Positions 44,376 to 54,051 are shown, counted from the first letter of the stretch. The stretch: 55,234 bases of DNA from Nitrospirota bacterium (GCA_040754455.1 JBFMCP010000021.1:1-55234); one strand, 5' to 3'. The notes: a model not told the origin generated them from the sequence alone. Numbers and translations: made by a program.

Positions 44376-46226
44376 TTATACTAACGTTTCCTGTCCTTCT
44401 CGTGCTTTATAGCATCGATAGAGCACCGGAACCATTGAGACGAGGATAATCAGACCGAGGCCTATGATAAATTCGGGAGATATTCTCCCCCGCACCGCTT
44501 CAAGCAGGGAATTCGAAAAGACAATAAAGGCGATGCAGGCCGGAAGCATACCGATGAACGTTGCTGCCGCATAGTGGAAGAACTTGATCTTTGTAAGACC
44601 GAAGGCGTAATTGAGGAGATTGAAGGGGAAGAGAGGGATAAGCCGTGTGAAAGCCACGATCTTCCAGCCGTGTTTTTCAACTCCCACATCGAGTCGCCGC
44701 CATCGGGGGCTTCTCAATTTTCTTTCTATCCATTCCCTGGCGATGTAGCGTGATACGAGAAAGGCGACGCATGCGCCTATGGTGGAGCTGATGATGGTAT
44801 AGACGACACCCCGGAAAGGACCGAAAAGTATGCCGCCCACAATGGTAATGGGCAGTCCGGGCAGAAAGAGGGCGGGCGCGACTGCATAGAGCAGCATGTA
44901 TAGAATGGGCGCCAGGGCGCCGTAGCCCTGGATCGATGCTCGTAATGCATCCCGCTCAAGGTAGTGTATCGCGCCGCTGAATCTTACGGCCATTATCGCT
45001 GCGATAATCAGCAGGAGGAAGATGGCGCGCTTTATCGCCCCGCCTTTCTTCCGTTCCCTGTCGAAAACAAATGTCCTCTCCCGGATCACCGCTGCGGCAA
45101 CACTCTTTTTAAGCCTCCTTTTCAGCTTCAGCCGGTTCAGATAGGTGAACGGCGCTTTCGATACTTTGGCTTTTCCGGCGAACGTGGCCTCGGGCTCAAA
45201 GGCAACATCGAGTATATGCATGGTCGTCATGTGGGGATCGAGGGAATTTGCGCACCCTGCACAATACGTTATCACCTTCCGCTGCCCGGCCTCTTTCTTC
45301 CTCAGCGCACCCCAACGACGGGCAAGATCGGGAGAGAGGAATCCGACGCTTCCCCCTTCACCGCAGCAGAGAGCCTCTGTGCCGTGGTGTGGCATTTCCT
45401 CGATTGCCAATCCCTGCTTTGCAGCAAGCGTCCTGACCGCGGCATGAATGGAAGCATCGAACCTGACGGCGCAGGGATCGTGGATCGTAACGGTTGCGCT
45501 CACCTGCGCGCTTATAAGAGGGCTGTACTCCGCGAGGAATTCGTAGACGGTGGCAACGGCAATCTCTCCTCCGTACGTTTTGAAGACCTTATAGCAATTG
45601 GGACAGGCGACGAGGATATTCTTTATGCCGTGCTGCACGAGAAAATGCTTCATTTCATTGAACATGGCAAGGAAGTACTTCTGCCTGCCGAGATCGTGCG
45701 AGGGCTTGGTGCAGCAGTCGAGGACAATGCCGAGGGAGGGAATCTCCTCTCTCATGCGCTCATAGAGCTTCAATGTAGTTTCAGGCCGTGTAGCGGGCAG
45801 GGTGCAGCCCGGAAAGAAGATGGTGTCACAGCCCTCGGGCAGGGCATAGTAGGTGTATCGCTTTGATGTGCCCCGCTGCTCGTAGCCGAGAACGGGTGCA
45901 TGCTCGGGGTAGTCGCCGTACCCTCGGCTGACGGTTTCCCTGCGCATCTCCAGGAACAGTGCCGCGGGATTGATATCTGCCGGGCATACCGCCGCACATA
46001 ATCCGCAGAGACTGCACTCAAAAGGCATCGTCTGCTGGAGCGTTTCGCGGGGATTGTAAGCATCGGCGATGTCTTTGGGGGGACCATATTTTTTCAGGAA
46101 TGCACAATTTTTGACACACTTCTTGCATCCTGTGCACGTTTCTGAAATGATACGGAGCGCTTCAAGAAGCGCTCCGCTCATCTGGTTATCTTGTGTTTCC
46201 GTCTTTTGCGATTGCCCGATAGGCAT
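44376..46226 (-). CDS. Fe-S oxidoreductase (4Fe-4S dicluster + CCG domains) fused to a DedA/VTT membrane domain
   Basis: CTGCKKCVKNC, CSLCGLCAAVCP, FFPGC, DCC, ACPNC, HDPC, CCGEGG, TYC.GC; C-terminal GGILFG...RLIPLFPFNLLNYAFG. Confidence 0.88.
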   Translation of the reverse strand: MPIGQSQKTETQDNQMSGALLEALRIISETCTGCKKCVKNCAFLKKYGPPKDIADAYNPRETLQQTMPFECSLCGLCAAVCPADINPAALFLEMRRETVSRGYGDYPEHAPVLGYEQRGTSKRYTYYALPEGCDTIFFPGCTLPATRPETTLKLYERMREEIPSLGIVLDCCTKPSHDLGRQKYFLAMFNEMKHFLVQHGIKNILVACPNCYKVFKTYGGEIAVATVYEFLAEYSPLISAQVSATVTIHDPCAVRFDASIHAAVRTLAAKQGLAIEEMPHHGTEALCCGEGGSVGFLSPDLARRWGALRKKEAGQRKVITYCAGCANSLDPHMTTMHILDVAFEPEATFAGKAKVSKAPFTYLNRLKLKRRLKKSVAAAVIRERTFVFDRERKKGGAIKRAIFLLLIIAAIMAVRFSGAIHYLERDALRASIQGYGALAPILYMLLYAVAPALFLPGLPITIVGGILFGPFRGVVYTIISSTIGACVAFLVSRYIAREWIERKLRSPRWRRLDVGVEKHGWKIVAFTRLIPLFPFNLLNYAFGLTKIKFFHYAAATFIGMLPACIAFIVFSNSLLEAVRGRISPEFIIGLGLIILVSMVPVLYRCYKAREGQETLV

Positions 46227-46236
46227 CGGAAAATAC

Positions 46237-46659
46237 CTACTTCTCTCTTCCCTTTACGAACATCTCTTTGTAGGGCCACCCCGCAATACCCCCTTCGAGG
46301 ATGTAGAGCCTCTTCTCGGGAATTCCCTTTGACTTTATATACTCATAGGAATTGCTGGCGCCGCTTTTGCCTCTGGGGCATACAACGACCACATCGTCCT
46401 GCGTGGCTCTTATTTTCTCTACAGCCTTGTCGAGCTTCTTCTTCTCCTCTTCTGATTTTGCAGGAAAGGCATTGGTTTCTATGGAATCCTTGAAGTGATG
46501 TTCTTTGAAGTCGTCTGCCAGCTGGATATCAACAATGATGACGGGCCTCTTGGTTTCCATCCACTGCCTGAAGACATCAGGCTTTAAGTAATTGGCAGCA
46601 AAAGCCGAAGAGGTCAATACGAAAACTAACGTTGCAACCATTACGGCATACTTTTTCAT
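46237..46659 (-). CDS. Exported single-domain rhodanese
   Basis: Signal peptide (SAFA), VVCPRGKSGA active loop, ILEGGIAGW. Confidence 0.85.
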   Translation of the reverse strand: MKKYAVMVATLVFVLTSSAFAANYLKPDVFRQWMETKRPVIIVDIQLADDFKEHHFKDSIETNAFPAKSEEEKKKLDKAVEKIRATQDDVVVVCPRGKSGASNSYEYIKSKGIPEKRLYILEGGIAGWPYKEMFVKGREK

Positions 46660-46699
46660 ACGTGGTCTCCTCCTGTGTTTATTTCAAGTCAAAGCCTGG

Positions 46700-47329
46700 T
46701 TAACCGATCCAGACGGTTCTCTTGAAGTCTTTTATTCCCTCGACGATATGGTTTGTCGTGCCGCGATAGCCGACCTTTAATTCTTTTTCGAGATCGTAGT
46801 GCTTGAGGCAGGTGCCGCAAGTGAATATCTCGACACCCATCTTTTCGATCTCTTTCAGAATGGGAATGATCTCCTCATTGGTTGTGGTGAGCTTTACCGC
46901 AGCATTAAGGAAAAATATGGTGTGGGGAATTTCCTTGGTAACCCTCATGGTATCGAAGAATCCCTTCATAAGTATCCTGCCCAGATCTTCCTCTTTGCCC
47001 ATGGTATCCGAGCCGATGATGAGCAGCACATCTTTTTCGGGCTCTGCATATCCGGCAGGTTGCGCAGCGGGCGCGGCCTCTGCTGCACCGGTACCCCCCT
47101 CGACAGGCACTTCACAGGGGTACCCTTTCACGATCTTTATTTTCCAGTAGCCGTTTTCAGGTATCGACTCTGCATAGAAACCGCTCTTCATGGCGAACCT
47201 CGTGACATTCTTTACCGACGCCTCATTATCAATGAGGATATCGACAATGCCTTCGTCTATCTTTGCCAAAGCTTCCTCTGCCATAATGACCGGCTTTGGA
47301 CAGCCGAGACCTCGTGCGTCGACAAGCAT
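46700..47329 (-). CDS. yedF: Selenium-metabolism sulfurtransferase-like protein YedF (TusA + DsrE domains)
   Basis: VDARGLGCPKPV, LGRILMKGF, FFLN..VKLT, CGTCL. GGGAGG precedes ATG 47329. Confidence 0.88.
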   Translation of the reverse strand: MLVDARGLGCPKPVIMAEEALAKIDEGIVDILIDNEASVKNVTRFAMKSGFYAESIPENGYWKIKIVKGYPCEVPVEGGTGAAEAAPAAQPAGYAEPEKDVLLIIGSDTMGKEEDLGRILMKGFFDTMRVTKEIPHTIFFLNAAVKLTTTNEEIIPILKEIEKMGVEIFTCGTCLKHYDLEKELKVGYRGTTNHIVEGIKDFKRTVWIG

Positions 47330-47432
47330 AAGAACCTCCCTTTTGTACACATCTGCGTTTTAAAAAACAGAAAATGCTATGAATGAAATATGACCTAGCT
47401 AAAAGATAACTCTTCGAAATCAGCGTTATCCA

Positions 47433-47478
47433 ATAGTTAGTTTCGATGTGTCGCAACTAACTGATAGGTTGCTCCTAT
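47433..47478 (-). promoter_or_regulatory. Paired LysR-type boxes upstream of yedF
   Basis: ATAG-N7-CGAT (47433-47447) and ATAG-N7-CTAT (47464-47478); near-copy at 54141-54186. Confidence 0.75.
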
Positions 47479-47511
47479 GTGAGGAGAAATGGTCCGGGCA
47501 GCAGGTAGAAT

Positions 47512-48294
47512 CTACTTAAAAAGATCGGCCCATATTTTTACGGCAGTGCTGATGATGATCAAAGCGAGCAGCCGGTTCAGGTATTGCACCTTTGTTCTCT
47601 TGCCCACAAAGCTGCCTAATCGTGCAGCCGGCACAGCTCCGAGGAGGAGAGCGGCAGCCATATGAGAAGGTACCTGGCCAGTGGCGACCTTTCCTACCAG
47701 GCCCGCCGAAGAGGAGAAGAGTCCGACCGCGAGCGTGCTGCCGAGGGCTACCCTGAGGGGAATTTTCAGCACATACAGGAAAATGGGTATGATGATAAAG
47801 GCGCCTCCCTGGCCGACGAGGCCGGTCAGAAAGCCGATAGCAACACCGATAAAGACCGCAGTCGGTTTATGAAAGTGAACCGCCTCTGCTGTCTGCTCAT
47901 CTCTGGAATAACTGCGCGGCATGAGCATCATCACAGCGGCGGCGAGGGCGAGCATCCCGAAAATGAACAGTAGCACTCTATCCGGCACCAGCTTTGAGAG
48001 GAAGGATCCGGTGAGTGACGAGAGAAACAATGAAAGCCCGAAGGTGAGGACAAGAGATTTATTAACAAGACTGTGCTTTTGATAATAGAGCATGGCGGTG
48101 AAGGCAGCGAAGAATCCCTGGACCATGGTTAGTCCTGTAATGCTTTTCACCCCTATCGGGTCGAAGCCGAGGAGCGGCGGCACATAGAGGAGGAGCGGGA
48201 ACATGAGAATGCCTCCGCCTATCCCCAAGAGCCCGGAGAGAAAGCCGACTGTCGAGCCGACGATCAAGAGGAATACATAGAAAGCAGCCGGCAT
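47512..48294 (-). CDS. TauE/SafE (TSUP) family sulfite/oxyanion transporter
   Basis: GFLSGLLGIGGG and GFLTGLVGQGGA repeats; 8 TM helices; coupled to the selD stop (TAATG). Confidence 0.9.
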   Translation of the reverse strand: MPAAFYVFLLIVGSTVGFLSGLLGIGGGILMFPLLLYVPPLLGFDPIGVKSITGLTMVQGFFAAFTAMLYYQKHSLVNKSLVLTFGLSLFLSSLTGSFLSKLVPDRVLLFIFGMLALAAAVMMLMPRSYSRDEQTAEAVHFHKPTAVFIGVAIGFLTGLVGQGGAFIIIPIFLYVLKIPLRVALGSTLAVGLFSSSAGLVGKVATGQVPSHMAAALLLGAVPAARLGSFVGKRTKVQYLNRLLALIIISTAVKIWADLFK

Positions 48295-49340
48295 TACTCC
48301 TCTACAAATATATGTATATTGTCTTTTGTTTCCCCATCAAGGACATCGCCTATATGGGCCGCCAGGATCCCCTCTTTTTGCAAGGCTGTGACAAGCGCTT
48401 CTTTCTTTTGCCGGGGGACAAAGATGAGCAGGCCTCCTGACGTTTGCGCATCATTTATGAGGGCCTGTACGAACCCCGGGATACCCGACGCCCATTTGAC
48501 ATAGGGTGCATAGATTCCTAGATTGCCGAGTGTGCCTCCGGGGATGACATCCTGCTCGGCGAGCCTCAAGGCATCGCTGAAAAACGGTATCCTGCTCGCA
48601 TGGAGTCTGGCCCTGCATTTGCTCGCAGAGAGCACTTCGTTCAGGTGGCCTATCAGTCCGAAGCCGGTGATATCCGTTGCGGTACTTACCCCCACTTCGA
48701 GCATGACTTCGCTTGCCCTCTTGTTTAAGGTCGCCATCGATGCGGTGAACTCTTCTATGGCCGCGTCGCTGCACATCCCGGCCTTAACTCCGGTAGAGAC
48801 AATGCCGGTTCCGATCTTCTTGGTGAGGATAAGGGCATCCCCGGGGCGGGCTTTTGTGTTATCGAGAATCCGGTCGGGATGGATGAGTCCCATGACCGTG
48901 TAGCCGAACTTCGGCTCCTTGTCTCTGATGGTATGTCCGCCGATAATCGAGACTCCTGCCTCGGTCATTTTATCGATGCCACCCTGCATGATTTTTTTCA
49001 GGGAGGGGAAGAACTCGGGCTGGCTTGGAAGCATCGCAATGTTGAGAGCGACGACCGCACGCCCTCCCATGGCCCATACATCCGACAATGAATTGGCGGC
49101 GGAAATTGCACCGTACCAGTACGGATCATCAACAATCGGCGTGAAAAAGTCGGTAGTGAGCACCACAGCGGTGTCATCATTAATGCGATAGACACCGGCG
49201 TCATCGGCATTTGCCGAGCCGACCAGTATATTCTTGTCAGTGAGAGCAGGCAACTGCCCCAGCACGTGGGACAGGTCCGAAGGACTAAACTTCGCCGCTC
49301 AACCGGCGCAGCTCGAAAGCTCCGTCAATTTGATATCCAT
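48294..49340 (-). CDS. selD: Selenophosphate synthetase, selenocysteine-containing (UGA at codon 14, 49299-49301)
   Basis: GGAGG-ATG 49340 gives MDIKLTELSSCAG-UGA-AAKFSPSDLSHVLGQLP, in frame with DDAGVY, TDFFTPIVDDP, ANSLSDV.AMGG, GGHT, TDITGFGL.GHL, DAQTSGGLL. Confidence 0.95.
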
Positions 49341-49354
49341 CGTCCCCTCCTTTG

Positions 49355-49696
49355 TTAGCGTCTTCTTTCGCCCGGGTATTTCCCCTTTTTCGTCACCGGA
49401 CAGCATGCCGGCGCAGGCAGCTCATCCAGATAGTCTTTCTTAAGCACCTCGATGATGTCGGGAATTATAGGGTCCTTGAGGAAATAACACCTGAGCCTTC
49501 CATCGATGTAATAGTCGATAATTCCGTACCTGCGTAACAGTGAAAGATGCTGTGATATATTGGGCTGGCTGATTTCGAGAAACTCTTCGAAGTCGCTGAC
49601 GCATTTCACCCCTTTCGCCAGCTCTTCAAGAATGCTTATGCGGGCAGGGTGGGCGATAATCTTCAGGAGCTCAATTTTTCTCCCCATGGAACGCAT
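49355..49696 (-). CDS. ArsR/SmtB-family transcriptional regulator
   Basis: LKIIAHPARISIL, KCVSD, SQPNISQHLSLLR..G; C-terminal PACCP. Confidence 0.9.
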   Translation of the reverse strand: MRSMGRKIELLKIIAHPARISILEELAKGVKCVSDFEEFLEISQPNISQHLSLLRRYGIIDYYIDGRLRCYFLKDPIIPDIIEVLKKDYLDELPAPACCPVTKKGKYPGERRR

Positions 49697-49722
49697 CCGG
49701 ACACCTCCGAAAGAATGTATGC

Positions 49723-49754
49723 ATATATAATAATATTTACATATATATTGTCAA
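49723..49754 (-). promoter_or_regulatory. Sigma70 promoter with overlapping palindromic (ArsR-type) operator
   Basis: Minus strand TTGACA-N16-TATTAT; palindrome ATATAT-n3-AATATT-n3-ATATAT at 49723-49746. Confidence 0.65.
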
Positions 49755-49975
49755 GAAAAATCAATTACAATTTCATTTGCCACGGGCGAAGTCATTCGAA
49801 AGTCTTCTAGAGAACGAAAAGTAGAGATTGGTAAAAGACGCGCTAAACAGCTCGAAAAAAGTTTTTGGCGCCTATCCTGCCATTATCATGTTTCCCGAGT
49901 ACGATGAACAAGAAATCAAAAAAGTGGCTTAGCTCTCTATCGGACGCTGATCCTTTTGTGTTCTCCCATCGTTAT

Positions 49976-50734
49976 TTACCTCTCCACCGGCATCTTCGCT
50001 TCATTCCATTCTGCGAAGAGCGTTTGATAAATCTGCTTGTAATCCATTTTGACGAGTTTCCGGTATGCTATATAACTGCGGCTACCGGTATTGCAGTAGA
50101 CGATGATCTTTTTCTCTTTGGGAAGTATGTCCTGCGCAGAAGCAAAACGATCTGCAGGAATGTTGACAGCACCGGGAATATGCCCTTCCTTGTATTCCGA
50201 AGCATCCCTGACATCGACAAGAACGTAATCGCCTTTGTTTTGATCGATCAACTTTTTGATATCGGCCGGTTTCAGCTTGGTGGTCTCGATCTTTTTGCCG
50301 TATTCCGGTCCGGCAACGATTGGCAGATTCTTTTCTTCCCAGACCGGGAATCCATCATTGTAGATGGTGATATTCGTATAGCCGATCGCTTCTGCTTTCT
50401 TCGCTGTCCGCTTACTCTTTCCGCACTTCACCCCGTTGCAGTAAAAAACCAGATGTGCATTTTTATCGGCGGGAAGCAGCGAGGTCAGGCTTTCGAAGCT
50501 CTTTTCGGGTATGTTGATTGAGGTGATGATATGTGCTTCCTGGTATTCCTCTTTGGTCCTCGCATCGATAAGCATGAATGCCTTCTTTTCGTCGATCATT
50601 GCTTTGAGTTGCTCTGAGGTGATGGTTTGATAGGTGCTCTCAGCAGCAAAAGACGACCCGATCATGACAAAAATCAAAGACACCAGCGATACTGCTAAAA
50701 GGCCACTTTGAAGCCTGCTCATACGTTTACACAT
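49976..50734 (-). CDS. Exported tandem-domain rhodanese
   Basis: Signal peptide; two domains, each with an active-loop Cys (FYCNGVKCGKS, VYCNTGSRS); DAR..EEY...HI and DVR...EY..GHIPGA. Confidence 0.88.
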   Translation of the reverse strand: MCKRMSRLQSGLLAVSLVSLIFVMIGSSFAAESTYQTITSEQLKAMIDEKKAFMLIDARTKEEYQEAHIITSINIPEKSFESLTSLLPADKNAHLVFYCNGVKCGKSKRTAKKAEAIGYTNITIYNDGFPVWEEKNLPIVAGPEYGKKIETTKLKPADIKKLIDQNKGDYVLVDVRDASEYKEGHIPGAVNIPADRFASAQDILPKEKKIIVYCNTGSRSYIAYRKLVKMDYKQIYQTLFAEWNEAKMPVER

Positions 50735-50742
50735 AGATCCTC

Positions 50743-51435
50743 CTACTTTTTTAATCGATATATCAGTATCACAGGATACCTCTCTTGATCGGGAAGCACA
50801 TCAGCTCTTCCCTGGAAGTGAGAATTCGGTGAAACGAAACGCTTCATTGTTCCTATTGATGGATAGTTCGCATTGCTGGTGATGCCGACCCAGCAGCTTT
50901 CGAGACAGGTGACACAGCCGGTATTTTCTTTTGCAGCAGCAGCCTTATTGCCTCCGAATTTGATCCTGAAACCCTTGCCTGCAGCATCGGATATGAGGTC
51001 GCTCAGCGGCAGTTCCTTATTGAGTCCCGGCCAGGTAGCAGTTACAATGAGTTCGTCACCCTCGACACGTTCGCCGTTGCTCTCCTTGGAGAGATTATCG
51101 CCGGGATTAGCGCCGATCTCGATCAGGGCATTATGGAAGACGAGGTGGTTTGCATAGGTGATGAGTATTGCTTTATCAGCGAACTTTCCATCCTTGGAAA
51201 TAACACCAAAGTGTGTAGTCGGCTTGTGGAGATGCTTTGCATTGAACTCGGCGTAGATCATTACCTGCTTATTCGTCCGATCGATAATAAGAGGGTTTTT
51301 TTTGGTGGGAAGCGGTTCATGAGCATGGAGGCTCAGAGATAGACCGGTAACGGCAAGAGCGAACAGGATTACTAGGAATATGATGAATCCAGAGGCACTG
51401 CTCCTCTTATCGTTACCGAATAGCATGTGACTCAT
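50743..51435 (-). CDS. YdjY-family exported protein
   Basis: Signal/TM segment, T.HFGV...G....KA, IGA.PGDNL, FGGN......NTGCVTCLESC.VGITSN. Confidence 0.7.
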   Translation of the reverse strand: MSHMLFGNDKRSSASGFIIFLVILFALAVTGLSLSLHAHEPLPTKKNPLIIDRTNKQVMIYAEFNAKHLHKPTTHFGVISKDGKFADKAILITYANHLVFHNALIEIGANPGDNLSKESNGERVEGDELIVTATWPGLNKELPLSDLISDAAGKGFRIKFGGNKAAAAKENTGCVTCLESCWVGITSNANYPSIGTMKRFVSPNSHFQGRADVLPDQERYPVILIYRLKK

Positions 51436-51977
51436 AACTCCTTGAACGTTATCTTATAACCAAGATTGAATCCGAACAGGTCCTCGTTCAGCGCCTTCCC
51501 GTCAGCTTCTGCGTAGGGATACATGAAGTAGTTAAGTTTGTCGCCCCTTTGCGCCGGAGCGAGTATCAGATCTCTCCCTGTCTGATAGGCTACCCTGCTT
51601 TCGTCGAGGCCTCCGAAGTAGTACTCGACAAGGTCTTTTTTGAGCGTCTCTTTCCGCTTTACTTTTATTGTGTACGTCAGCGACCGCTCTTTAGCAGGTG
51701 CATTCCATTCGGCGTACAAAGCCATGTTGCCGTTTTCACCTTCTCTGTAGACGCTGCTGCCGGAAAAGTTGCCGGTGACTTTGACATCCTCGACAGTCTG
51801 GTTCTCGTCCGAGACGGGGTAGGGGACCCAGAGTCGCACCTCTTTTGCATCAGCCGGCGCATTCAGGTTGAATTGAATGGTGACCTCGCCTGTCCGCTCT
51901 TTCGCAATCGAAATGTCGGGAATGGTGACTGCAATTACTACTAATACTGCCAAATACAAAAGTCTCATGCTGCGCAT
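51432..51977 (-). CDS. Exported transglutaminase-family-like protein lacking the central catalytic core (possible in-frame deletion)
   Basis: N-terminal VRLWVPYP.SD..Q domain is joined directly to C-terminal EYYFG..D..RV....GRDLIL.P.Q....LNYF.YPYAE.DG; the protein contains no Cys. Confidence 0.6.
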   Translation of the reverse strand: MRSMRLLYLAVLVVIAVTIPDISIAKERTGEVTIQFNLNAPADAKEVRLWVPYPVSDENQTVEDVKVTGNFSGSSVYREGENGNMALYAEWNAPAKERSLTYTIKVKRKETLKKDLVEYYFGGLDESRVAYQTGRDLILAPAQRGDKLNYFMYPYAEADGKALNEDLFGFNLGYKITFKEL

Positions 51978-51995
51978 TGTTACTCCTCCTCAGTT

Positions 51996-52754
51996 TTATA
52001 CAATGTCTTCTATCAGTGACGAGCCATACAGGGCAGCGCCGATTGCACCTACAGCATCAGGCTGTGGCGGCACGAGCACGCGAATGCCGAGCTTCTCCTG
52101 CAGCAATGCAACGATGCAGAGATTCTTCGCCACCCCTCCCGAAAAAACGATTGCGTCATCATACCCGACACGATGCAGCATACCGGTAAGACGATCGATT
52201 ACTGAGTGATGCACTGCTCTTGCAATATCCCGAACGTCAGTCCCATGATTCTTCAGCGATATGACCTCTGACTCCGCAAATACGGTGCACATGCTGTTGA
52301 TCTTGAATTCGCCTTCTGCCTTGAGTGCTTCTGCGCCGAATTCGGAGAGTGAGAATCCCAGGCTTGAGGCCATAATCTCGAGAAACCTGCCGGTTCCGGC
52401 GGCGCACTTATCATTCATCTGAAAGTTGAGGAGCTTACCGTTTTCATCGAGTGAGATCACTTTCGAATCCTGTCCGCCTACATCAAGTACGGTCCGGCAA
52501 TCGGGAAAGAAATACCGTGCGCCGAGGGCATGTGCCTTGATCTCGGTAATAACCTCTTGTGCGAAATGCTTCTGAGCGAGATGGCGTCCGTACCCGGTTG
52601 CCACGATCTTTTTCGGATGGTACTTTTTGATCATTTCGAGCGACTGACGATGGGGATCGAATCCGCTTTCGGCAATCTGACAGTCCTGCAGCCGCCCTTC
52701 TTCAAGGGCGGCTGCCTTTATGGTACGTGAGCCTAAATCAATACCGACAATCAT
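51996..52754 (-). CDS. ATP-dependent [4Fe-4S] activator (HgdC/BadF-type ASKHA ATPase; DCCP reductase-like)
   Basis: GIDLGSRTIK, ATGYGR, DVGGQDSK, MNDKCAAGTGRFLE, CTVFAESEVIS, GGVA.N. Confidence 0.92.
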   Translation of the reverse strand: MIVGIDLGSRTIKAAALEEGRLQDCQIAESGFDPHRQSLEMIKKYHPKKIVATGYGRHLAQKHFAQEVITEIKAHALGARYFFPDCRTVLDVGGQDSKVISLDENGKLLNFQMNDKCAAGTGRFLEIMASSLGFSLSEFGAEALKAEGEFKINSMCTVFAESEVISLKNHGTDVRDIARAVHHSVIDRLTGMLHRVGYDDAIVFSGGVAKNLCIVALLQEKLGIRVLVPPQPDAVGAIGAALYGSSLIEDIV

Positions 52755-52755
52755 G

Positions 52756-54051
52756 CTATCCTTTTATCTGCTCCAGGAATGCCTCGATCCTGGTCTGGAG
52801 CTGGCCGATATCTTCCGGCGAGTAGTCGGATTCGATGGCAATGAATGGAATGCCTTCCTTCTCGCACATCTCCTTCAGCTTGATGGCTTCAATGTTATAG
52901 GTATGACAGAACTGGAGGCAGTAGTGGACAATGCCCTGTGCCCCAGACTCCTTGTACTCCTTGAATACCTGGTCGATCCTATCGTCATTTGGGGTAAAAC
53001 AAGAGCAGTCTATTTTCATGTAGCGCTCGGTCAGGGCTTCGATCTGTTTATCGAGATCGTTTGCATTTTCATCCATAAGATCTTTGTAATACCGTGTGCC
53101 GATGCAGCTCTCGTCATTGACAACAATACCGCCGGCGTTTTCGACGATGTTGTGAATTTTCCAGTTGGGCATTGCCATCGGCGTACCTGAGACCAGCACG
53201 CGGGGAGCCTTTGCCGGAGCGACAGATATTCCTTTTTTGATCCGTACGTCAAGCTCGTCACAGAGAACATTGACCTTTTCAGCGAACCGTACAGGATTAT
53301 CATAGAACGCGATCTGCTCGATGAGGAGTACATCCTTGCCGCTGATGGGCGAGGGAGTGTGATGCTGGAGCTTGTTCAGCCGCTGCAGCGCCCTGCGCTT
53401 ATTGTTCATTATTTTTATCGCTTCTGAAACAGCCTCTGCGGTAATCGCCTTGCCGGTGACCTTTTCCATCTGAGCTTTGAAATCTTTTACTTCTTCGAGC
53501 CACAATGTCTTATCCCTTTTCCGTTTCATCTGGGGAATTTCCATCACATAGGTCGGCACTTCCCGGTCAAGAAGCTCCCAGGTCTTCTTTTTCGCATCGC
53601 AGGTGGTTTCGCCGTAGACGAAGTCGACCGACTGGAAATAGGGGCAGACCTTTGCGACCTTGAAGCCGTAGGCTGACTTCACCATGGGGCAGATGTTTCT
53701 CGGCAGCACCTTTTCCGCATCGGGAATAGGGCCGGGCGAGCCGCCACAGAGACCGAGGCAGATGCCGCCGGCAGCGATGACGAGCTCTTCAGGAACATAA
53801 ACGCAGAAGGTGCCTACAACAGGGCTTCCCGCTTTTTTCGCATCGAGTATCTCCTTTATACGGCCGCCGTGGATCTCGGAGATGATCCAGTCGAAGTAGT
53901 CCATGGCCTTCGGCCGGTTGTTCTGAAAGAGAAAGGCTTTCTGATACACATCGCCCAGCACGCAGCGCATCTTTTCAAAGCGCTCTACATCCATACCGAG
54001 CTCTTCCCACATGTCCTTATACTGTTTGATTTCGAATGCCGCAGCTTCCAT
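52756..54051 (-). CDS. 2-hydroxyacyl-CoA dehydratase-family protein, double-cubane-cluster (DCCP) type
   Basis: GTFCVYVPEE, GLCGG, NICPMVKS, ETTCDAKKK, DESCIG, DCSCF, YCLQFCHTY, ESDYS...QLQTRIEAF. Single subunit next to its activator. GGAGGA precedes ATG 54051. Confidence 0.8.
   Translation of the reverse strand: MEAAAFEIKQYKDMWEELGMDVERFEKMRCVLGDVYQKAFLFQNNRPKAMDYFDWIISEIHGGRIKEILDAKKAGSPVVGTFCVYVPEELVIAAGGICLGLCGGSPGPIPDAEKVLPRNICPMVKSAYGFKVAKVCPYFQSVDFVYGETTCDAKKKTWELLDREVPTYVMEIPQMKRKRDKTLWLEEVKDFKAQMEKVTGKAITAEAVSEAIKIMNNKRRALQRLNKLQHHTPSPISGKDVLLIEQIAFYDNPVRFAEKVNVLCDELDVRIKKGISVAPAKAPRVLVSGTPMAMPNWKIHNIVENAGGIVVNDESCIGTRYYKDLMDENANDLDKQIEALTERYMKIDCSCFTPNDDRIDQVFKEYKESGAQGIVHYCLQFCHTYNIEAIKLKEMCEKEGIPFIAIESDYSPEDIGQLQTRIEAFLEQIKG

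Noticed and set aside
48294..49265. selD as a 323-aa or truncated/pseudogene product
   Set aside because: The upstream in-frame segment with RBS, ATG and UGA at the catalytic position indicates selenocysteine recoding.
51432..51435. UGA read-through (Sec) at the end of the transglutaminase-like gene
   Set aside because: The UGA is part of an ATGA stop/start overlap with ydjY and follows a natural-looking C-terminus.
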